Origin: a virus
Lineage: Duplodnaviria > Caudoviricetes
Virus record (IMG/VR): IMGVR_UViG_3300009154_000076
Span: 1 to 52,962 of that record
Length of the DNA stretch: 52,962 bases
Reading direction: 5' to 3' (one strand)
Below are positions 46,454 to 52,962 of this stretch, in pieces; positions within the stretch are counted from its first letter, which is position 1; each line of letters begins with the position of its first letter. The notes below the pieces were generated by a model. The model made no database searches and was not told where the DNA came from. It was given only the letters and a program-made list of their open reading frames with translations. Both the position numbers and the translations under genes were made by a program.

Positions 46454-47011
46454 TTATACTGTTACTTTTTTAGCCTTACTTTTAGCAACAGGTGGATCAA
46501 TTGCATCAGCTTGAGCCAACAATTCCTGAGCTTGCTTACGTAGTTCCTGTGCCTTTTCTTTTGGATCTTCGGCAATTTCTACATACTCAGCCACAGAAGA
46601 CGCTTTGGGTTTGGTTTCTGATTTTGCAAGTTCATCATTAACCGCTAAATCTTCAACACTCACGCCTTTTTGTTCAGCAATAAGCTTGTTTAACTCATCC
46701 AACTGAATAGAAGTTTGAGTTGTAGGGGTCATGATAACCATGCTGGTCGAAACTTTCCTAAGGTGCCCATTGCTATGTAACCAAGACAGCATGTTACTGC
46801 CATCTGGAAACTTTCGCACAGCCAAGATGTCTGCCAATTCATTTGCCTGTTGTGCACTGGTATCTTGTACCAAATTCATTAAGCTGTCATGGTATGAATC
46901 CATAAGTACATTAGTTCCTACAACCAGTGCACTTTTGGCATCGCCAGGCAGAGTACGGTAAGCTACAACTACTTTAGCCCCGTTATTTTTCATCTTTCCT
47001 ACGTGTTTCAT
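46454..47011 (-). CDS. Hypothetical phage protein
   Basis: GGAGG RBS; 'MKHVGKMKNN...YRTLPGD'. Confidence 0.65.
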   Translation of the reverse strand: MKHVGKMKNNGAKVVVAYRTLPGDAKSALVVGTNVLMDSYHDSLMNLVQDTSAQQANELADILAVRKFPDGSNMLSWLHSNGHLRKVSTSMVIMTPTTQTSIQLDELNKLIAEQKGVSVEDLAVNDELAKSETKPKASSVAEYVEIAEDPKEKAQELRKQAQELLAQADAIDPPVAKSKAKKVTV

Positions 47012-47023
47012 TTGAACCTCCTA

Positions 47024-47314
47024 TTATGCTGCTGGTGCATCCTGTGATGCATCACCGGCTTGTTCAGCAGGCGCAGCAGCTGGCGTTTCATCAGTTGACA
47101 AACTATTCAAAAATGCACTAACGCGATCAAACGTTGCGCCAACTGCACTCATTTCATTGGCTGGAAATGCGCCACGGCGTGTAGCCATGTCAACAATTGC
47201 CAATAGATTTTTAAGATCATTAATACCCAACTGTGGGGTTTGAGCTGCTGGAATTTCTCCACCAACATCAGGGGTCATTGTAGCTTGGGTAGTGTCTTGG
47301 GTTTGATTTTCCAT
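47024..47314 (-). CDS. Hypothetical phage protein
   Basis: GAGG RBS; 'LGINDL...IVD.A..RGAF...E'. Confidence 0.6.
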   Translation of the reverse strand: MENQTQDTTQATMTPDVGGEIPAAQTPQLGINDLKNLLAIVDMATRRGAFPANEMSAVGATFDRVSAFLNSLSTDETPAAAPAEQAGDASQDAPAA

Positions 47315-47330
47315 TTGTATTTTCCTCTTT

Positions 47331-47618
47331 TTAAATTAAATGGGGACAGCCTAATGCTAGCATAGATAGCTCACTGGGATCTTCTATGCCAACTTCAATC
47401 ACTTCAATCATTTTATTATCTTGATTGATAGTGAAATTCTTTTTTATTGCGTACCTACTATTTAGGTGGTAGTTAATCCAGTTATCCAAAAATTTAATAT
47501 CTTTTACAAATATTTTAATTTTTATAACAGTAAAGTGTTGAGGTATAAAATTTAATTTTCGTAACTGTAACACTGACAACGGATTAACTTCACCACGATT
47601 CATACTCATATTATACAC
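47331..47618 (-). CDS. Hypothetical phage protein
   Basis: Packed in operon. Confidence 0.5.
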   Translation of the reverse strand: MYNMSMNRGEVNPLSVLQLRKLNFIPQHFTVIKIKIFVKDIKFLDNWINYHLNSRYAIKKNFTINQDNKMIEVIEVGIEDPSELSMLALGCPHLI

Positions 47619-47621
47619 TAA

Positions 47622-48875
47622 TTAATTATAATATGCAACTTGTCCAAATGGAGGAACTATAGAATCACTGCCATGTATAATAAACAATGTGTCACAGTAA
47701 TCAGGGTTTCCAAAAGAATCCCCGGGCATTCCGTCCGTGAACATGACAAACTTTTTGGGTTGAATATCATTCTCTTCCATGAATTCCCAATTACACATGA
47801 ATAATGTTCCACCACCGCCCTTGACCTCATAAGCTACTAGATCTGCGGAGTTGTCTTTGGTAAATTTCTCATATCCATAAACTTGAGTATCAAATGTCCA
47901 CAAATCAATATTGAAATCAGTATATTCATCCATGATACCACTGACTTCACTCAAAAAATCTTTGGCCTGACGATCACTAATACTTCCACTCATATCAATG
48001 GCAATACTAATATCAATGGTTTCCTCATTGACCATTCCGGGTAATATTGCCCCACATTGTTGACTTTTACGATTGGGACGAGTGAAACTATAATTACTTT
48101 TAATAATACTCTGAATATTCATGCGCAACAATTGACGCCAATCCATTTTTGGATTAGTAAAAGCATTGATCATTCTGGCGATACCTGCTGGAACTTTGCC
48201 CGCTCCAGCACTCTGTGCAGCAGCAACGGTGGCTTCTTTTATTTCATCACGAATTTTCTTTCGTTCTTCAGCAGATATTTTTGGTCGACCAGTGCTATTG
48301 CCATCTGGGCCATCCTCACCGCCATCACCGTCACCATCCCCTTCACCATCCAAGTGCTCATCAAGAAGTTCACCCAGAGAGCTGATGTCAATTTTAATTG
48401 CTTGTTTTTCTAAATCTTCATAGATTTTTTCATAACTCCAACCGCGATATTTGTCATCTTGAAAAATATTAATCCATTTTGGCGCATTGCCGATTTTCTC
48501 ATCCTTGAGAATTTGATTGACTGCAAAATCAGCAGCAATGTTGCTTAGTTGCGGATCACGCTTGTCTCTGCGACCCATGTGATCAAACACGTTGTGTAAA
48601 ACTTCATGAGCAAACCCAAATATGACTTCACTAGGAGTCAATCTATCGACAAAATCATTATTATAATAGAAAGTACGACCATCAGTGGCCAAAGTGGGTA
48701 ACCAATCAGTGGCATCAACCAGCTTCATACGGGTGGCCAAGTTTCCAAAAAATGGATGACGGATCAATAACGCAACCCGAGCTGTTATCAACTTTTCAAT
48801 AATTGCATTTTTTTGTTCCGGCGTAAATGTTTTTGTTTGCAGTTTTTTGGTTTTTTCAGACTTCATCACCGCCAT
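47622..48875 (-). CDS. HExxH metallopeptidase-like plus vWA domain protein (DUF2201-like)
   Basis: 'TLATDG', 'AHEVLH', MIDAS 'DMSGS', 'GGGGT' and 'FTDG'. Confidence 0.85.
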   Translation of the reverse strand: MAVMKSEKTKKLQTKTFTPEQKNAIIEKLITARVALLIRHPFFGNLATRMKLVDATDWLPTLATDGRTFYYNNDFVDRLTPSEVIFGFAHEVLHNVFDHMGRRDKRDPQLSNIAADFAVNQILKDEKIGNAPKWINIFQDDKYRGWSYEKIYEDLEKQAIKIDISSLGELLDEHLDGEGDGDGDGGEDGPDGNSTGRPKISAEERKKIRDEIKEATVAAAQSAGAGKVPAGIARMINAFTNPKMDWRQLLRMNIQSIIKSNYSFTRPNRKSQQCGAILPGMVNEETIDISIAIDMSGSISDRQAKDFLSEVSGIMDEYTDFNIDLWTFDTQVYGYEKFTKDNSADLVAYEVKGGGGTLFMCNWEFMEENDIQPKKFVMFTDGMPGDSFGNPDYCDTLFIIHGSDSIVPPFGQVAYYN

Positions 48876-48905
48876 GGTCGATTCCTCACTAAGGGTATAC
48901 CCATA

Positions 48906-48934
48906 ATTATAGATACAAATCTATTGCTTGTCAA
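48906..48934 (-). promoter_or_regulatory. Consensus sigma70 promoter
   Basis: TTGACA-N17-TATAAT on the minus strand. Confidence 0.8.
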
Positions 48935-49002
48935 TAAAATTAAACAAAACGAGAATACCCATAAAAATGAATATTCTCGTTTATCGTTACCATTCGATAT
49001 TA

Positions 49003-50085
49003 TCAAGCAGCAATACTAGACAACACATATCGACCATAATTCTTATGGAATCGATCAAAGTTCTTGAGTTTACTAGTGTCAAATGGCAATCCAAATGTAG
49101 TAAGCGCAACCCGTGAACCCATTACTACCAGCTCAACTGGAAAGTTGTCCATCATGAATCCAAAGAAATTGTCGCTCATTTCATCCCAATTCTTGGCATT
49201 CTTTTGATTTGCTGTCTGCAATTCATAACACATACTGGTAGTCAAAGAATACATAGCAGAAATCTCTTTGATATCAGATTTCTTGATCTTTCCCTGCAAG
49301 ATATCATTGGGATTGGGCATCTGACTAGCAATTTTACGATGCGCCATGAATTTAATAGCCAATCCTTCCCCAATTGCACCAGCAACTAAGTCAGTCAGTG
49401 TGTTTTCTGATAGTTCATCATCTTCTAGCAATTGGCTTACAAAACTCCAGCTACGCGGTGTTGCAAAGCTACGGCTGATGGATTTGGGATCAAAATCGTA
49501 GAGATCTTGTTTGGCAAAGTTCAAATAACCTACCACCTGAGGATGTTGACGATTCCGTGTAGCCCACTCATTCCAATCTTCAAAATCGGTACGCAATTCC
49601 AGATGTAGGAAACGATTGGCCAATGGTGCTGGCATGCGGAATGTAACACCCTTGTCAGAGTCACGATTTCCAGCAGCAACAATACTAACACCATCTGGCA
49701 AGATATATGTTCCCACACGACGATTAAGAATCAATTGGTATGCGGCAGCTTGTGTGGCCGGTGCGGCACTATTCAACTCATCCAAAAATAGAATAGCGGT
49801 GGATTTTTTATCGGAAGGCAATTCTGCAGGAGGAGCCCATTCCATGGTATTCTGTTTTGAGTTATAATAAGGAATGCCTTTGATATCAGTTGGCTCCCAT
49901 AGGCTTAGACGAACATCAATTACTTCACGATCTTGTTCAGCACCAATTTGCTTGACAATATCTGACTTTCCAATACCAGGTGGCCCCCACATAAACACTG
50001 GACGCTGGATCTTAATGCATTTGCGAATAGCACGTTTGGCTTCATTGGGGCTTACAGTGCGGTTACCGGAACTTTGTTCTGCCAT
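49003..50085 (-). CDS. MoxR-like AAA+ ATPase
   Basis: Walker A 'GPPGIGKS', Walker B 'LFLDE', 'AAGN', 'PLANRF' and 'TPRSW'; adjacent vWA partner. Confidence 0.9.
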   Translation of the reverse strand: MAEQSSGNRTVSPNEAKRAIRKCIKIQRPVFMWGPPGIGKSDIVKQIGAEQDREVIDVRLSLWEPTDIKGIPYYNSKQNTMEWAPPAELPSDKKSTAILFLDELNSAAPATQAAAYQLILNRRVGTYILPDGVSIVAAGNRDSDKGVTFRMPAPLANRFLHLELRTDFEDWNEWATRNRQHPQVVGYLNFAKQDLYDFDPKSISRSFATPRSWSFVSQLLEDDELSENTLTDLVAGAIGEGLAIKFMAHRKIASQMPNPNDILQGKIKKSDIKEISAMYSLTTSMCYELQTANQKNAKNWDEMSDNFFGFMMDNFPVELVVMGSRVALTTFGLPFDTSKLKNFDRFHKNYGRYVLSSIAA

Positions 50086-50141
50086 GATTTCCTCATATAT
50101 TCATTAAAAATGGTGATTGGTTTGAATACCAACATGAATAT

Positions 50142-50171
50142 ATTCTACCGCATAAATTTTATATACGTCAA
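50142..50171 (-). promoter_or_regulatory. Sigma70-type promoter
   Basis: TTGACG-N18-TAGAAT on the minus strand. Confidence 0.55.
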
Positions 50172-50551
50172 GCGTTTTTTTCTTTTCTTTTCTTGGCGCG
50201 ACCATATTTCAAGATATTTCCAGAAAATAATACCAATTGGATTGCCATGTGCTCACCAAACACTCGCAATTCTTTTTCTGAAAAGTAAAAGGGACAATCA
50301 ATGAGCTGATCCATCCAGATAGTCATCTGACTTGGAGTTATTTTCATGCGGTCTTCGAATTTTATTTGATATTCTTTGATACCAGCTTGAACCAGTGCCT
50401 GATAACCGGCTTCTGTCAACCTAAGTCCGCCGTTGGTTTTTATACGGCGGCTGAACCACCATTCGGCCATGGCCTGCTCAAACTCTTTATGGGTATATTC
50501 TGGGTTTAATATTTCAAGAGTTTTTATGGTGATTCTAATCTTGGGAAGCAT
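50168..50551 (-). CDS. Hypothetical phage protein
   Basis: 'WWFS.R.K..GGLRLTEAG'. Confidence 0.6.
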   Translation of the reverse strand: MLPKIRITIKTLEILNPEYTHKEFEQAMAEWWFSRRIKTNGGLRLTEAGYQALVQAGIKEYQIKFEDRMKITPSQMTIWMDQLIDCPFYFSEKELRVFGEHMAIQLVLFSGNILKYGRAKKRKEKNA

Positions 50552-50834
50552 CCTCTACTTTGGTCCCTGTGGTCAGTTTATATACAGAAAAATCAGAAGT
50601 ATTATAGGTTTTATTCAACTTTTCGGCCAAGTTAAACGCATGCCCGCTGTTACTAAATGAGCATTTGCGATACTTGGTGGCCATTCTGTTGGCCATTAAT
50701 CCATTGGTTTTTAGATTAATGGGTTTGCCTTTATAAAAAACAGCCCAGATAGCGTCGGATTCCAATACTTGTTCAACATGATAATTTTTTTTGTTTGTTA
50801 TTTCCAACAATACTGTGGGTTTAGGGCGTGACAT
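50535..50834 (-). CDS. Hypothetical phage protein (MSRPKP start)
   Basis: GGAG RBS before ATG 50834; TAAATA at 50862-67 on the minus strand. Confidence 0.65.
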   Translation of the reverse strand: MSRPKPTVLLEITNKKNYHVEQVLESDAIWAVFYKGKPINLKTNGLMANRMATKYRKCSFSNSGHAFNLAEKLNKTYNTSDFSVYKLTTGTKVEDASQD

Positions 50835-50876
50835 TCTGTATATCTCCAAAAAGTATACAGATATTTATCACTTTAA

Positions 50877-51101
50877 CTAAAATTTACCACCATCGACTTC
50901 CACTTCAACTGATCCAGATTGCGATGCATTGGCCAAAATCTGGTCCAATTCTCCGGTTATTCTGGTCATGACCACACTCAGACTATTTTGAAGGTCAGTG
51001 GCCTCTTTGATGGTCAATACCAGCTCCTTTTTGTTTGATTTGATGGCAACTCGTGCTTTATCTAGGAATTCTTCTATTGGTAAGGTGTTTAATGGTTTCA
51101 T
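50877..51101 (-). CDS. Hypothetical phage protein
   Basis: ATGA overlap; ends 'VDGGKF'. Confidence 0.6.
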   Translation of the reverse strand: MKPLNTLPIEEFLDKARVAIKSNKKELVLTIKEATDLQNSLSVVMTRITGELDQILANASQSGSVEVEVDGGKF

Positions 51102-51586
51102 TCCGTGGTCTCCGTGACTGCGTTAAATGCAGAATTTGCCTCATCTTGAGTTTTAAATGGTCCTTGATAGGAATATCTGCGTAATGTAATCAATTTTGGG
51201 CAAAAACTCTTGATCCAATTATTTTTAAAATTAATAATATAATAACCAGCACAATAGCAGCTTTTACTTTTTGGGCTTTTTATATATACTGGAATTCGGT
51301 CTTTTATGCTGTACATGGGTTCATAAGGGCGAGAACTGCATGGATACCCATAGATTGAATCAATAGTAACCGCATTATGATATTTTTTATACTGCGTTGA
51401 ATCAAATACCGTGATATTCAATTTGGTCTTGATTTCCGACAAACTGTGAAAATTGACAATTTTCCCACCACGATAGACTGCATATCCTCGTTTGGTTTTG
51501 GATATACTGCCGATTTTGGCATCGTTGGATTTGATCAGCCATTCTTTATTGGGTATCAAAACCTTGGTTGTATTAGTATCAGTCAT
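51098..51586 (-). CDS. Hypothetical phage protein
   Basis: 'SKSCYCAGYY...FCPKLITL.RY.YQGPFK'. Confidence 0.6.
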   Translation of the reverse strand: MTDTNTTKVLIPNKEWLIKSNDAKIGSISKTKRGYAVYRGGKIVNFHSLSEIKTKLNITVFDSTQYKKYHNAVTIDSIYGYPCSSRPYEPMYSIKDRIPVYIKSPKSKSCYCAGYYIINFKNNWIKSFCPKLITLRRYSYQGPFKTQDEANSAFNAVTETTE

Positions 51587-51589
51587 AGA

Positions 51590-52588
51590 TTATCCCCCTG
51601 TATTATATTTTGCATTCAATGGTTCCGCATAATTTTGCACCTGCTCACTGATTTTGACCAGATCATAGGTAGAACAAAACTTCAGAAGCCTTACTCCAAC
51701 CTGAGAAACACTTTTATTTTTGTCGATCTCTGCAATAATAGTATCTCGCATTGCTTGTTTGATATTGTCTGGCTGCGCAGTCAAATCACATAATATTTGG
51801 TTACGTTTGTAGTCATCGTATACCAAATGTTCTACATTTTCATGGTCTACCCACTTCTGTAGCATGACATTATTCCAATTATACCCTCGGCTAATTCGAT
51901 CAGCAAATGCTTCCCTGAGTCCAACTTTATTTTTAGTACCCTTTTCTCGAACGCCTGGATATGCACTAAAAATGTTATCAGAAACATCACCACGCATGCA
52001 TTTTTCAAACAATAACCATTCTGGATCTGGGGCAGGCTTTTCTAAATTGGTCTTTTTATCAATAACTGGTTTACCTTCTTGGTCAAAATATCCAAGATGA
52101 GTGGTCATGATCTGAGTTACACCATTATATTGCTTGACGTTTTTAGAAATTAACTGAGCAAAATCACCATCCGTTGAGATAATGATATGTTGATCATGTG
52201 GATGATATTGAACCCAACCCGCAATCAAGTCATCTGCCTCTAATTGAGGATGCTGTAATACTGTGCAGTTGGTTTTTTCTGAAATAAACTTTGAAAAATC
52301 ATCAAAAGTCTCATAAAAAACGGCCTCTTCTTGCTGTTCTCGTACACTTAATGCTGCTTTTGCTTCTTTTCTTTTTCGTTTATATGGAGGGTATATATCT
52401 TTGCGCCAACTACGCCCCTCAAGCGCAAAAACAACATGGGTACCACCGAACTCTCTCCATGATTTACGGATACCACTTAACACTGTGTGTAGACTCAGTC
52501 CAACTTTATCATTCAAATCACCCTGAGTAACCCAACGGGAACGCCAGAATAAATTGGATAAATCTACAATAATAAAAGTATGTGCCAT
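51590..52588 (-). CDS. rnh: T4 RNase H-like 5'-3' exonuclease (FEN family)
   Basis: 'IVDLSN', 'WRKDIYPPYK..R', 'LEADDLIA', 'ISTDGDF.QL' and 'GDVSDNI'. Confidence 0.85.
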   Translation of the reverse strand: MAHTFIIVDLSNLFWRSRWVTQGDLNDKVGLSLHTVLSGIRKSWREFGGTHVVFALEGRSWRKDIYPPYKRKRKEAKAALSVREQQEEAVFYETFDDFSKFISEKTNCTVLQHPQLEADDLIAGWVQYHPHDQHIIISTDGDFAQLISKNVKQYNGVTQIMTTHLGYFDQEGKPVIDKKTNLEKPAPDPEWLLFEKCMRGDVSDNIFSAYPGVREKGTKNKVGLREAFADRISRGYNWNNVMLQKWVDHENVEHLVYDDYKRNQILCDLTAQPDNIKQAMRDTIIAEIDKNKSVSQVGVRLLKFCSTYDLVKISEQVQNYAEPLNAKYNTGG

Positions 52589-52589
52589 A

Positions 52590-52949
52590 TTAGCTTACTT
52601 CTGACCGGCCATCGCCCAGACTATTGACGTTGACATATCCGCTACCGCGACGATCCATGTTGACGCTTTCTTCTTCTCCAATATTTTTACATAATTGAAT
52701 GAACCAAGCGTTGACAACTTCTTCATCGGTAGACCCGGTATATCCATTGGCCACCAACTGCATGATAAAATATTCGTTCCAATCAAGTTCAAAAAACCCA
52801 TTACGAATATTTTCTTGATTAATGTGTGTGGTCAACACTGATACCCATGGCTCTTTGTTTTCTGTGGCAATTTCTTTTTCAGTCTTGGGTATGGCGGTGA
52901 TCTCTTGTGATTTAGTCTTGCCAAACCAATTTTTTAATGTTTCAAACAT
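52590..52949 (-). CDS. Hypothetical phage protein
   Basis: 'EPWV.VL...NGFFELDWNEYF...GY.G..DEE.V..WF'; AAGGA RBS. Confidence 0.65.
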   Translation of the reverse strand: MFETLKNWFGKTKSQEITAIPKTEKEIATENKEPWVSVLTTHINQENIRNGFFELDWNEYFIMQLVANGYTGSTDEEVVNAWFIQLCKNIGEEESVNMDRRGSGYVNVNSLGDGRSEVS

Positions 52950-52962
52950 GATTAATCCTTGT

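Noticed and set aside
1-52962. Stop-codon reassignment as in some jumbo phages
   Set aside because: Genes pack tightly under code 11, and TAG, TGA and TAA all end genes at sensible positions.
1-52962. Bacterial chromosome or prophage origin
   Set aside because: No integrase, att site or host housekeeping operon; T4-like RNase H, late promoter motifs and dense small ORFs point to a large lytic-type phage.

Overview
A 53-kb segment of a large, AT-rich, lytic dsDNA tailed phage (T4-like or jumbo-type myovirus gene content, standard genetic code). The window has five parts. (1) 1-17.3 kb is a dense accessory region with several glycosyltransferases, a 2OG-Fe(II) oxygenase, UDP-glucuronate decarboxylase, an RNA polymerase omega subunit homologue, an Ntn-hydrolase, a MazG-like NTP-PPase, a DEDDh exonuclease and many small hypothetical genes. 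(2) 17.3-26.6 kb is an unusual self-contained cassette: an AbrB-like protein and a pseudo-receiver/LuxR regulator, a multi-hairpin leader, two paralogous helical proteins, tiny Gly/Tyr-rich proteins, two paralogues of an all-helical family, collagen/BclA-like fibre proteins and a papain-family protease. Together these resemble a spore-coat or exosporium-like assembly system and are the best candidate for an undescribed system. (3) 26.6-28.4 kb holds uvsE and a membrane-anchored histone-like protein. (4) 28.4-45.1 kb is a structural module with an Ig-repeat protein, a 2826-aa collagen-like fibre showing an exact 861-bp higher-order period, and tail/baseplate-associated proteins. (5) 45.1-53 kb (minus strand) holds thyA, DHFR, a MoxR-type AAA/vWA pair, an RNase H/5'-3' exonuclease and hypothetical genes. 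Both sigma70-type promoters and T4-like late TAAATA motifs are visible. I found no tRNA, rRNA, CRISPR array, integrase or reverse transcriptase. All family assignments come from reading motifs by eye; no database search was run.
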